Below are positions 42,946 through 52,476 of a stretch of 64,000 nucleotides of DNA, in pieces. Source of the stretch: Candidatus Cloacimonadales bacterium (GTDB lineage Bacteria; Cloacimonadota; Cloacimonadia; Cloacimonadales; JAIOQZ01); contig OY762463.1 of assembly GCA_963665815.1 (NCBI GenBank), positions 576,001 through 640,000 of the forward strand. Reading direction: 5' to 3'. Below the pieces are notes generated by a model. That model worked only from the letters and a program-made list of their open reading frames with translations. It searched no databases and was not told the DNA's origin. Position 1 is the first letter of the stretch; each line of letters begins with the position of its first letter. Position numbers and translations under genes: made by a program.

Positions 42946-43395
42946 TCACTCTGCATATTCCTGTTTTCCATCTTGAGAAGTACTTATAAATCTATTACTG
43001 ACAAACAAATCCCAGCCTACAGAGAATGATATCGAAGTCAGGAAGTAACATACATAGTCTTTCCAGAATCTTTTTAGTAAATAGACGATATCAGGTGGAA
43101 AATGTTTAAAACCAACACATAGGATTGTTATAAAAGAAAAAGAGTAGAAAACAGCAAAAACAATTTGTAACACAATGATTAAACTTCTACTCCTCAGCTT
43201 GCAGATGAAAAAATTTGCTGGTGTAAAAATGAGTAAAATCACACAAAGTATTGCTAAATACAATACACATAATTCCAAGAGATCTGATAATGAAGTGAAA
43301 CTAGTAAAAAAAGTATATATTATCAATAAAAAAGTCAACACAAGGATAGCGAAATTCCGGTGTTTAATCTTCTTGTTTACAGGTTCTTTATCCAA
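42946..43395 (-). CDS. Hypothetical multi-pass membrane protein
   Basis: About four hydrophobic segments. Confidence 0.55.
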   Translation of the reverse strand: MDKEPVNKKIKHRNFAILVLTFLLIIYTFFTSFTSLSDLLELCVLYLAILCVILLIFTPANFFICKLRSRSLIIVLQIVFAVFYSFSFITILCVGFKHFPPDIVYLLKRFWKDYVCYFLTSISFSVGWDLFVSNRFISTSQDGKQEYAE

Positions 43396-43418
43396 AACAT
43401 CCCCCTCATAAGATTTTT

Positions 43419-43796
43419 TCAGAGACTGTCAATTCCTGTTCCGATAACATAAGAAAACTGTATATACAACGCTAAAATCATCGATATCACAACATTGAAC
43501 AAAAACAACAGGATTCTTGAGAGTTTTTTCTCAATACCCTTAAGATTCCATAAAATCATGAGCAGACTCATTATCCCTAAAGCAATCATCAGGCTTATTT
43601 CTGTTAATTCAGGTATTCCATGAGACGGTAATGAATATACTGCTCCTTTTCCAAACTCATTCCCTTGAAGAGACGGATTCATTTTTAATCTTAAATAGTA
43701 ATCCAATAGAAGAATTAGCAAGTGTCCTATTGTCCAGACAAGTGCTCCTGAGAAGAGTTTAACGATTTTTGACAATTTATTTAAATCTGTTCTCAT
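43419..43796 (-). CDS. Hypothetical membrane protein
   Basis: About three hydrophobic segments, C-terminal GIDSL. Confidence 0.55.
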   Translation of the reverse strand: MRTDLNKLSKIVKLFSGALVWTIGHLLILLLDYYLRLKMNPSLQGNEFGKGAVYSLPSHGIPELTEISLMIALGIMSLLMILWNLKGIEKKLSRILLFLFNVVISMILALYIQFSYVIGTGIDSL

Positions 43797-43980
43797 CTAT
43801 TTTGATTTTCCTTCCAGTATCAATTGTAAATTGATCATTTCCCTCAACATATTCCAAATCATCTCTCCGTTCTACGTATAAACCAACATCTTCATTTAGA
43901 TTCAACATTTCAATCAAAGCAAGTCTCGATTGATAAAGGAAACCAAGGTTTTGCTCTTTAGCTGAATATTTATCACACAT
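43777..43980 (-). pseudogene. N-terminal fragment of a Cap4/ABC-three-component-type PD-(D/E)xK nuclease
   Basis: YSAKEQNLGFLYQSRLALIEML...VGLYVERRDDLEY fits the A...GF/YxYQ...AL...E..DD start of these nucleases; ends before any QxK motif. Confidence 0.55.
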
Positions 43981-44334
43981 TTTTTTTTCTACTAATCCTT
44001 AAGTTACTATTAGAAACAATCATACAAGTATATTTAAAGTATTTAGTTAATAAAATTTGATAATATGTAAAAAAAATGTCAAGTGAATATTTAATCCATG
44101 TTTTTTTCAAAATCCCTTCTCCCCTTCCCCCAACAAATTTTACTTTACAGAAAACCTGTCTGCAAATTACTTTTCTTTGAAAAGTACGAGATATCTATTA
44201 TATTATCAATCAATAAGTTATAGGTTGAGTCGTTTTAGGTTCATGTTTCGTACTTACATAATCTACTGATTTACAGAATAAAATTTTGCTGTTCCGCATC
44301 ATATTTTTTTGCGGGATATATATAAGGAGTAAAA

Positions 44335-45711
44335 ATGAAAGTTGGATTTAAATTTCCTGCAGAACCTCGTCAAACTGCACTTCATAATGTTGAAGAATGG
44401 TATCAGAAATTAATTTGTGAAAAACTCGGACGCGAATACGAACCTATCAAGCGTTCTAACTTCGGTCAATACTCCATGGCAGTTAACTACATAACATCCG
44501 TTATGGAAGAAGCTGTTGCTATAGAAAAAGTTGCCATATTCAATATCGACCATATGGCACAGATTCAGTTCAAGGGTGCTGATGCGGAAGCTCTTCTCGA
44601 CAGAGTTCTCCCTGCGAATATCCCTTCCATGAAGATCGGTCAGTGTAAATATACTCTCCTGCTTACCGAGCAGGGAACTGTTCTCGATGACCTTATCATC
44701 ATGAAACAGGCTGACGATGACTTTATCCTGGTTATCAACGCCGGACACGACATTACAGATACAGCCGAAGATCATGGCGAAATGAAAGAATTCACTGCAG
44801 ATGCAGATTTCATTCTTTCCTATAAAAAAGACAACGAAGATGTGGACGTAAAAGATATTTCTGCTGAGCTCGTAAAAATCGATGTTCAGGGTCCGCTCTC
44901 CTATAAATTACTGAAAGAACTCTACGGTCAGGAAGTTCTGAGAAACAGGAACAAACCAGCTAAAAACATGGGATTCTTCTCATTCAATAACTTCACTTAC
45001 GAAGGAAATGACTATATTCTCAGCAGAACCGGTTACACAAACCGTTGGGGATGGGAATTATACGTTCCTGTAGCTGTTGCTGAAGATCAGTTCAAGAGAA
45101 TCGCAGAAAAAGCTCTGGAGCTTGGCGGTCTGGTTGTTGGTCTTGGCGGTAGAGATGAAAACAGAATCTCAGCCGGACAGTACGGTCTACCGTTAAACGG
45201 ATCAGAATACGATCCTCAGCATACTCCGACTAACTCACCTCTGTTCAACGCAGCAGTTGATATGACTAAAGAAAACTTTGTCGGTAAAAAAGCCCTCGAA
45301 GAAGATGATACAACTCAGAAAATGGTTGTAGTAATCAGCGAAGGTATTGTTGTGGGCAGAGCTGTTTATAAAGACGGACAGAGACTTGGAAAGGTAACTT
45401 CCAGCATTAATTCACCTAACGTTTCTCTTGAGAAAAGACTGCTTATCGGCTCAAAGAGAAAGTATGTGAATCAGGAAAACGGTTACGCGGCAATCGGACT
45501 TGCCTGGTTGAATAACACACCTTTCGAGGTTGATGCCGATGGTAAAGAAATAATGGAAAAAGACGGTAAACCTGTTTACATTCCTGTGGAATTCTTTACA
45601 GAACTGGAAGACGGATCAATAAAAGGAAAAGCTTTAAAAGGATTTATCAGCAGTGACGGAATCAATCCTGCAACTGCTCCAAGACCTTTAAAAAACATAG
45701 AAAAATTATAA
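44335..45711 (+). CDS. GcvT-family aminomethyltransferase (divergent)
   Basis: FNIDHM, KYTLLLTEQGTVLDDLII, VINAG, DVQGP, SRTGYT, GLGGRD. Confidence 0.8.
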   Translation: MKVGFKFPAEPRQTALHNVEEWYQKLICEKLGREYEPIKRSNFGQYSMAVNYITSVMEEAVAIEKVAIFNIDHMAQIQFKGADAEALLDRVLPANIPSMKIGQCKYTLLLTEQGTVLDDLIIMKQADDDFILVINAGHDITDTAEDHGEMKEFTADADFILSYKKDNEDVDVKDISAELVKIDVQGPLSYKLLKELYGQEVLRNRNKPAKNMGFFSFNNFTYEGNDYILSRTGYTNRWGWELYVPVAVAEDQFKRIAEKALELGGLVVGLGGRDENRISAGQYGLPLNGSEYDPQHTPTNSPLFNAAVDMTKENFVGKKALEEDDTTQKMVVVISEGIVVGRAVYKDGQRLGKVTSSINSPNVSLEKRLLIGSKRKYVNQENGYAAIGLAWLNNTPFEVDADGKEIMEKDGKPVYIPVEFFTELEDGSIKGKALKGFISSDGINPATAPRPLKNIEKL

Positions 45712-45718
45712 GATTGGT

Positions 45719-46252
45719 ATGGAATTAACAGAAAAGAACTATAGAGGTATAAAATATTGTATTAAATGCGGATCAGACCTGGATATCAGGAACGATCGAG
45801 AAGGGAAACTTCGTCCGCACTGTGACTCCTGCGGCTGGATTTACTACCGTAACCCGGTACCGGCAGCAGCCTGTATCGTGTTTAAGGATGATCAGCTTTT
45901 GATCATCAAGCGTAAGTTTGAACCGAAAGCAGGAGAATGGGCTCTACCGAGTGGTTATATAGAACTGTATGACACACCCGCAGAGACTGCTGTTACAGAG
46001 CTGGAAGAAGAGACCGGACTGATTGGTGAATCGGATATTTCACTTGGTCATTACGCAGGTAATTCTCCATTGTATGATCGTATAATATCTTTCGGATATA
46101 TCATGAAGGTAACCGGAGGTAAGCTTCAGGCAGGCGATGACGCTGCTGAAGCGTGCTATGTCAACATTAACGAAATACCGGAACTTGCATTTGATTCACA
46201 CGAATATTTCGTTGAGGAAGCTTTAAAAATACGAGCTTTGCATAATAGCTGA
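45719..46252 (+). CDS. NUDIX hydrolase with N-terminal Zn-ribbon
   Basis: CIKCG...CDSCG, YRNP, WALPSG...ELEEETGL. Confidence 0.9.
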   Translation: MELTEKNYRGIKYCIKCGSDLDIRNDREGKLRPHCDSCGWIYYRNPVPAAACIVFKDDQLLIIKRKFEPKAGEWALPSGYIELYDTPAETAVTELEEETGLIGESDISLGHYAGNSPLYDRIISFGYIMKVTGGKLQAGDDAAEACYVNINEIPELAFDSHEYFVEEALKIRALHNS

Positions 46253-46318
46253 AAATTGAATCGACACTTTGACTTTCAACTGAAAGTATGAGAAGAGACT
46301 ATTCCGGTTATGCAAAGC
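46233..46318 (+). mobile_element. Short MITE family A derivative overlapping the NUDIX stop codon
   Basis: GAGCTTTGCATAATAGC ... GTTATGCAAAGC inverted ends. Confidence 0.55.
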
Positions 46319-46343
46319 ATAAAACTACAAAAAGGATTAAAAG

Positions 46344-48992
46344 ATGGATATAAGTAAAACATATCAACCGAATGAAATAGAAAAAAAATGGTATAATTAC
46401 TGGATGGAAAACAAATATTTCCATGCGGAAAAAGATGAAACGAAGAAACCGTTTTCAATCCTGATTCCACCACCAAACGTTACCGGAATCCTGCACATGG
46501 GACACGTTCTCAATAATACTCTTCAGGATACATTAATCCGCTATAAGAGAATGACAGGTGTTCCGACTCTCTGGCTGCCGGGTGTAGACCATGCCGGAAT
46601 CGCAACCCAGAACGTTGTTGAAAAAGGACTCAAAGCAGAAGGTCTTACCAGACACCAGCTTGGTAGAGAAAAACTGCTGGAAAGAATCTGGAAATGGAAA
46701 GATGAAAAGGGCGGAAGAATAATTGAGCAGCTTAAACAGCTTGGTTGTTCCTGCGACTGGGACAGAGAACGTTTCACTATGGACGAAGTTCTCTCCAAAG
46801 CAGTTAAAGAAGTTTTCGTTCACCTGTACGAAAAAGACCTTATATATAAAGGTAAATACATTATCAACTGGTGTCCACGCTGTACAACAGCTCTCGCAAA
46901 CGATGAAGTTGATTACGAAGACGAAAAAGGCAAGCTCTGGAATATCAAATATCCTCTTAAGAGCGGTAAAGGATTCCTCACAATTGCCACAACCAGACCT
47001 GAAACAATGCTGGGTGATGTTGCAGTAGCTGTTAATCCTAAAGACGAACGTTATGCAGATTTAATCGGTGAGACACTGATTCTGCCATTCGTTGAAAGAG
47101 AAATTCCTATCATCGCAGATGATTATGTAGAAAAAGATTTCGGAAGCGGATGTGTTAAGATTACGCCTGCTCATGATCCTAATGATTTTGAAGTAGGTCT
47201 GAGACACGATCTTGAGCGTATCCTTATTATGGATGAGCACGGTGTAATGAATGAAAAAGCCGGAAAGGATTTTGAAGGTATGGACCGTTATGAATGCCGT
47301 AAGAAAATCCTTGAAATGCTTAAAGAACGCGATCTGCTTGCTGAGATAGAAGATCATGACCATCAGGTTGGACACTGCTACAGATGTGCAACTGTTATAG
47401 AACCGTACTTGTCAGATCAGTGGTTTGTACGCATGAAGCCTCTTGCAGAAAGAGCAATTGATGTTGTTAAGAGCGGAGAAATCAAGCTTGTTCCCGAGCG
47501 ATGGACTAAGGTTTACCTGCACTGGATGGATAACATTCGTGATTGGTGTATTTCCCGTCAGATCTGGTGGGGACACAGAATCCCTGTATTCTATTGTGAT
47601 GAATGTGGTGAGATGACTGTGACTACCGAAGACATTACAGAATGTCCAAAGTGTAAAAACGGTAATATCAGACAGGACGAAGACGTTCTTGATACCTGGT
47701 TCTCATCATGGTTATGGCCTTTTTCAACAATGGGCTGGCCGGAAGAAACAGAAGATCTGAACTACTTCCTTCCTACGAGCACGCTTGTAACAGCACCGGG
47801 AATTATCTATCTGTGGGTTGCCAGAATGATTATGTCTACTCTAGAATTCAGAGATGTAATTCCATTTGATACAGTACTTCTGCACGGTATGGTCCTGGAT
47901 GAAACCGGAAGAAAAATGAGTAAATCTTTCGGGAACTCACCTGATCCTATCGATATCATCGAATCACACGGAGCAGACGCTCTCAGATTCAGCATGATAT
48001 TCAATACACCTCGTGGTCAGGACAGTTATTATTCAGAAGCTATTCTCGATAACGGACGTAACTTTGCCAATAAAATCTGGAATGCTTACCGTTACATTAT
48101 GGGTAATGTTGAGAACATCGAAGGGCTCCAAACTAAGGATGAGCTTAAGATGGAACTGGCTGATCACTGGATTTACAGCCGTCTTAACAACACAGTAAAA
48201 ACTGTAATAGATAATCTTGAGAAACTCAGATTCAACGATGCTGCTTCTGCTATGCAGGACTTCATCTGGAAGGAATATTGTTCCTGGTATCTTGAGCTTT
48301 CCAAAGAACGTATATATGATAAGGAAAATGCTGAAGGTCAGAAAACGGCTAAATACATTCTGCTTGATATTCTGGAAAAATCCATGCGTTTACTGCATCC
48401 GATTATGCCGTTTATCACAGAGGAAATCTGGCAGTCACTTAAGAGCGTCTTCCCAATGGACGAAGAAGCATTGATTATTGCGAAATATCCTGTAGCAGAT
48501 GAAAACGCAATTGATCTTGAGATCGAAGCTCAGATGTCAAAGATACAGGAATGTATCTCAACGGTAAGAAACCTGAGAAAGCAGGTTAACATTGCTCCGG
48601 GTAAGAAAGTTAATATAAGTATTAAAACTGTTTCTGATGCAGATACTGAACTGACTGAGAAGTATTCTTACTACTTCCGTAAGCTTGCTAACATTGAAGA
48701 CATTAATGTTGGAACAGAGATTGATAAGCCAAAGTCTTCTATTGCTTCAGTTGCAGTAGATATGGAGATTTATCTTCATCTTGACGGATTGATTGATCTG
48801 GAAGCGGAAAAAGCAAGAATCAACAAGCAGCTTGGAAAACTGGAAGGTGAACTGAAGAGAATCAACGGAAAGCTTAATAACAAGAAGTTTGTAGATAATG
48901 CCCCGGAACAGGTAGTAACTAAGGAAAAAGAGAAATTCGAGGAAGTTTCCACTAAAGTAAACAAATTGAAGGAAATGCTCGATAACTTATAA
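46344..48992 (+). CDS. valS: Valine--tRNA ligase
   Basis: PPPNVTG, HMGH, DHAGIATQ, DWCISRQIWWGH, KMSKS, C-terminal coiled coil. Confidence 0.98.
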   Translation: MDISKTYQPNEIEKKWYNYWMENKYFHAEKDETKKPFSILIPPPNVTGILHMGHVLNNTLQDTLIRYKRMTGVPTLWLPGVDHAGIATQNVVEKGLKAEGLTRHQLGREKLLERIWKWKDEKGGRIIEQLKQLGCSCDWDRERFTMDEVLSKAVKEVFVHLYEKDLIYKGKYIINWCPRCTTALANDEVDYEDEKGKLWNIKYPLKSGKGFLTIATTRPETMLGDVAVAVNPKDERYADLIGETLILPFVEREIPIIADDYVEKDFGSGCVKITPAHDPNDFEVGLRHDLERILIMDEHGVMNEKAGKDFEGMDRYECRKKILEMLKERDLLAEIEDHDHQVGHCYRCATVIEPYLSDQWFVRMKPLAERAIDVVKSGEIKLVPERWTKVYLHWMDNIRDWCISRQIWWGHRIPVFYCDECGEMTVTTEDITECPKCKNGNIRQDEDVLDTWFSSWLWPFSTMGWPEETEDLNYFLPTSTLVTAPGIIYLWVARMIMSTLEFRDVIPFDTVLLHGMVLDETGRKMSKSFGNSPDPIDIIESHGADALRFSMIFNTPRGQDSYYSEAILDNGRNFANKIWNAYRYIMGNVENIEGLQTKDELKMELADHWIYSRLNNTVKTVIDNLEKLRFNDAASAMQDFIWKEYCSWYLELSKERIYDKENAEGQKTAKYILLDILEKSMRLLHPIMPFITEEIWQSLKSVFPMDEEALIIAKYPVADENAIDLEIEAQMSKIQECISTVRNLRKQVNIAPGKKVNISIKTVSDADTELTEKYSYYFRKLANIEDINVGTEIDKPKSSIASVAVDMEIYLHLDGLIDLEAEKARINKQLGKLEGELKRINGKLNNKKFVDNAPEQVVTKEKEKFEEVSTKVNKLKEMLDNL

Positions 48993-48999
48993 ACTTGAT

Positions 49000-49026
49000 G
49001 AGACAGGTGTGATGCCTGTCTCTTTT
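49000..49026 (+). terminator. valS terminator
   Basis: GAGACAGGT-GTGA-TGCCTGTCTC followed by TTTT. Confidence 0.8.
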
Positions 49027-49037
49027 ATTATTTTCCC

Positions 49038-49063
49038 TTGCGAATGGTTGCAGACCTTCGCAA
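49038..49063. repeat. REP-like palindrome
   Basis: TTGCGAATGGTTGCAGACCTTCGCAA, related to the CGAAAGGTTGAAAACCTTT hairpin in the 166-bp unit. Confidence 0.5.
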
Positions 49064-49103
49064 TGGTGTGAAAGAATAGTGATCATCTCAAAGGAGAAAA
49101 GAT

Positions 49104-49307
49104 ATGAGAACAGTACTTGAAGTTTCAGACTCAAGCGGACACAGCACATTTGTTGTTGTACCTAAAATACGCGAATTTTTTATAGGACTTGGCAACGTAA
49201 TCCTTGTTTTTGACAATGGAGACAAACGTACTCTCAACACAAACGAACCTAAAGAACTTGTAAAACAACTGACAGAAACTATAGAGACTTATTATAAGAA
49301 TAAGTAA
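49104..49307 (+). CDS. Small hypothetical protein (67 aa)
   Basis: AAGGAG RBS; terminator at 49332-49351; its 3' end is duplicated at 50683-50756. Confidence 0.7.
   Translation: MRTVLEVSDSSGHSTFVVVPKIREFFIGLGNVILVFDNGDKRTLNTNEPKELVKQLTETIETYYKNK
49233..49306 (+). repeat. 74-bp direct repeat, copy 1
   Basis: CTCAACACAAACGAACC...TATAAGAATAAGTA; 3 mismatches against 50683-50756. Confidence 0.92.
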
Positions 49308-49331
49308 TGTTATCTGGCAAAATAATATATT

Positions 49332-49351
49332 AACCACTCGAAAGAGTGGTT
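49332..49351. terminator. Hairpin terminator between convergent genes
   Basis: AACCACTC-GAAA-GAGTGGTT. Confidence 0.75.
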
Positions 49352-49369
49352 TCTATTGTGTAATGATTT

Positions 49370-50566
49370 TTATTTAACAATCCTGTATTTCCTGTAAAGA
49401 TTATTGAAAATAACTGAAATCTCTTCCCCATTTCCGGAAATCTGAAGATTAGGGTTGAAGTCAAGGTGTTTCCAAGATTTTATTGTTGTAAGTTTGTCCT
49501 TGAAAAGTAACTTTGATTTGCGGTAATCAATTATATATAAGGATTCTTCGAAAATTTCAGCAGCTATACCGGAGTCACTGTCTGCAAGAAATAGACAACC
49601 TCCCCCTTTTAGTTCAACAACATCCCCACTGTTAATATCGACTATCATTCCCTCTTCACTGTTACTGCAGAAGAATAATTTCTCATCTATTGAAAAACCG
49701 GCATTACAGAAATTACCCTGCACCCTTGCACATTCTTTACCACGTTTATCAATTAGAACAGTTTCACTGTTACAACATATCAGAACATAATCCTTACTTT
49801 CACTTGTAACAAATTTGTGATGCGTTTTCTCTGGAGCAAAATACTTATGTGATACTGAATCATTTCTGCTAATGAAGAATACTCCTTCATTACTGTTTAC
49901 ATTATCACTCCCCTCACTTATATCATCATTAATAAAAATCCTTGCTTCAATATCGTTCATGTAATATGCAATACATCCAGAAGTTCCGGCATCAACGATA
50001 TTCATCTCATCCTCATAGACTCTAACCCTTTCACCGGTTTTGATGTTGAAAATTCTGTTTTGATCAAGAGAATAAAATGAATTATAGAACCCATTTTCGT
50101 TAATCCTTAATGGTGCATGATTCTTTACAGATGATTTAATTTTTTTGTAGGATGAAGCATTAAATGAATAGAAATCTGCAAATGTCTCATAGCTAATGAA
50201 ATCATTTGTATCAACTTCATAGGAGCAAACGTATTTCCCATACTCAGAAAAAGCCACATGTTCTGCAGAAATAACTTCAGGTGAGGACAAAATCCCACCA
50301 AACAGCAAAAGCTCAGATACATCCTGTCCCTGATTCAGTTTATAAAGATCATGACTATACCAGACAAGCATCAAATCTCCACTGTTATGTTCATCTGGTT
50401 CTGTAAAAGCTGATTTAACTACCGGATAACTGAATCTATATTCCTCGGTGACAGTATAATTGCAGATTTGTTCTTGTGATCTGATATAACTCATGTTAAT
50501 GAGTAAAGAATCATTTGCGAACATATTGGACACTACAAAAAACATAAAATATCTTATCAACTTCAT
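49370..50566 (-). CDS. Hypothetical secreted protein, possibly beta-propeller
   Basis: Signal-like N-terminus; FSxxG-type blade motifs (AFSEYGKY, GFSIDEK, ISGNGEE). Confidence 0.5.
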   Translation of the reverse strand: MKLIRYFMFFVVSNMFANDSLLINMSYIRSQEQICNYTVTEEYRFSYPVVKSAFTEPDEHNSGDLMLVWYSHDLYKLNQGQDVSELLLFGGILSSPEVISAEHVAFSEYGKYVCSYEVDTNDFISYETFADFYSFNASSYKKIKSSVKNHAPLRINENGFYNSFYSLDQNRIFNIKTGERVRVYEDEMNIVDAGTSGCIAYYMNDIEARIFINDDISEGSDNVNSNEGVFFISRNDSVSHKYFAPEKTHHKFVTSESKDYVLICCNSETVLIDKRGKECARVQGNFCNAGFSIDEKLFFCSNSEEGMIVDINSGDVVELKGGGCLFLADSDSGIAAEIFEESLYIIDYRKSKLLFKDKLTTIKSWKHLDFNPNLQISGNGEEISVIFNNLYRKYRIVK

Positions 50567-50682
50567 TATTCCTCACTTACCCTGAATACTGTTAACAAAT
50601 TTCTATAATATAATTATAAGATAATTGAGAAATGTTTTACAGCAAGTGCTAAAACAGAAAAATTACAGGATTTTGGTCATTC

Positions 50683-50756
50683 CTCAACACAAACGAACCC
50701 AAAGAACTTGTAAAACAACTGACGGAAACTATAGAGACTTATTATAAGAATAGGTA
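50683..50756 (+). repeat. 74-bp direct repeat, copy 2
   Basis: Near-identical to 49233-49306. Confidence 0.92.
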
Positions 50757-50825
50757 GGTAACAATTAGCTTTATGCAATCATCTTTCAAGACTAGTAGTT
50801 TAAAACATTGAAAATTTGAATATAC

Positions 50826-50853
50826 AAAAAAGGAGTAACGAATTACTCCTTTT
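50826..50853 (-). terminator. Intrinsic terminator
   Basis: AAAAAAGGAGTAA-CGAA-TTACTCCTTTT. Confidence 0.8.
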
Positions 50854-50872
50854 AAATTTATAAGATAGTTTT

Positions 50873-51640
50873 CTATCTAGCTGTTTCTTCATGAACCTTA
50901 TTTCTGTAATAATCAACCATTCTTTCTTTCATTTTCTTGTTTTCTTCAAAAATGCGCTCAGCATTTTTTCCGGATGAAACAATATTCCCTGTTCCTCCGG
51001 CATGTTCGTATATTAGTTCATATACCCAGAAAACATCATTCAGAAAATAAACTAACTGTCCTAATGACAGATAGTAATCAGTATATCTTTCCTGTGATGA
51101 AGGCAGCCAGTTGGCAGGCAATGTAACTCCTCTATCCGAGGAATCCAGCATTTTATATTTATCACCAGATTCATCATCAATAAAATAAGAACCCCATATA
51201 CACAATTCATCAGGATTATTATCCAGATCCCATGATATTGGATAAGACGATGAAGGATCATACGTTTCGGGATACGATATGTTCTGAAATTCTGATGCTC
51301 TGACAAAGTCTACATTAATTTCATCTGTACTATCTATAAGACAGGATATGCTCAGAGTATCACCATAATTTGACTCAATACTGCCGTAGCAATAGTAGTT
51401 TCGACTTGAAAGATCAACTTCTACAGTTTGTCCATTTACTTCTAATTCAACTGACTGCATATCTGTTTCGTCAACCTTAGACACATAAAACATCGCATCT
51501 TCACCAACCTGGAATATGCTGATTTCGTATTTCGATCTGTCTTCTTCAAATCCGGTAATAAGATAGTTCTTGCTACCTCCATCATCCTTACAAGCAAAGA
51601 TTGAGATTAACAGTAATACAATTAATAAATGTTTTAACAT
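50873..51640 (-). CDS. Lipoprotein, paralogue of 51679-52455
   Basis: Lipobox IFAC; shares EDRSKYEI, INVDFxR, WxLxNNPDEL, FWxYE. Confidence 0.75.
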   Translation of the reverse strand: MLKHLLIVLLLISIFACKDDGGSKNYLITGFEEDRSKYEISIFQVGEDAMFYVSKVDETDMQSVELEVNGQTVEVDLSSRNYYCYGSIESNYGDTLSISCLIDSTDEINVDFVRASEFQNISYPETYDPSSSYPISWDLDNNPDELCIWGSYFIDDESGDKYKMLDSSDRGVTLPANWLPSSQERYTDYYLSLGQLVYFLNDVFWVYELIYEHAGGTGNIVSSGKNAERIFEENKKMKERMVDYYRNKVHEETAR

Positions 51641-51678
51641 ACTTTCTCCTTATTTTGTTTCTTACTATTCGTTAATTA

Positions 51679-52455
51679 TCAATATCTTATCTTTTCTCGA
51701 AACTCCTCAACAATCATCTTCTTAATATTCTCCTTATATTCCTCTTCCTCAGGAGATTTCATTGATTCGGACTTATTCTCCCCGGAAACATAGTAGGTTC
51801 CAAGAACCTTATCTTCTATCTCGTATATCCAGAATGTATCGTCCAGATAGTAGTTCATGCTTCCTAAAGCAAGATAAAAAGAATAGGTTGAGTGAATTTC
51901 TCCTAGCCAACCACCGGGAACAGTGTAAGAACGAGCGGAATTAGAGAGAATTTTATATTTAGTCAAAAGATGATCAGTATTATCTGTACCATCATCCCGC
52001 ATACCTACTATGTACAGTTCATCTGGATTATTTGCCAGTTCCCAGGAAGCATCAACCTGGTTATTGGGATTGTACTTGGGAGTAAATTCCAGATTCACAA
52101 AATTTGAACGACGCTGAAAGTCTACATTTATCGAATCAACCCCGTCAATAACACAATTTATATTCAGCATTTCATCATAATCTGAGTCAATGAGACTATA
52201 TCCTGAATTACCTGATTCACCTATATTAAATCCGACAGGTGTATCGTTTATTATCAAGTCAATTGTTTGAAACTGCGTTTTATCAACTTTATATACAAAC
52301 AGATATGTACTGCTTGAAATCTGCTGAATCTCTATTTCGTACTTTGATCTGTCCTCGCCCAATGAGGTTACTAAATACATTTTGCTTGATTTATCATCAC
52401 TGCATCCTAAGAAAGTAAGGACAACTGCTAACAAAAATATTTTTTTTAACATCAT
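51679..52455 (-). CDS. Lipoprotein, paralogue of 50873-51640
   Basis: Lipobox FLGC; same shared motifs. Confidence 0.75.
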   Translation of the reverse strand: MMLKKIFLLAVVLTFLGCSDDKSSKMYLVTSLGEDRSKYEIEIQQISSSTYLFVYKVDKTQFQTIDLIINDTPVGFNIGESGNSGYSLIDSDYDEMLNINCVIDGVDSINVDFQRRSNFVNLEFTPKYNPNNQVDASWELANNPDELYIVGMRDDGTDNTDHLLTKYKILSNSARSYTVPGGWLGEIHSTYSFYLALGSMNYYLDDTFWIYEIEDKVLGTYYVSGENKSESMKSPEEEEYKENIKKMIVEEFREKIRY

Positions 52456-52476
52456 ACTTCCAATGGAATATAACTA

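Noticed and set aside
43981-44334. Glycine riboswitch upstream of the gcvT-like gene
   Set aside because: No GGAGA...CCGAAG...CTCTCAGG aptamer motifs; only a short AAGTACGA/TCGTACTT inverted repeat
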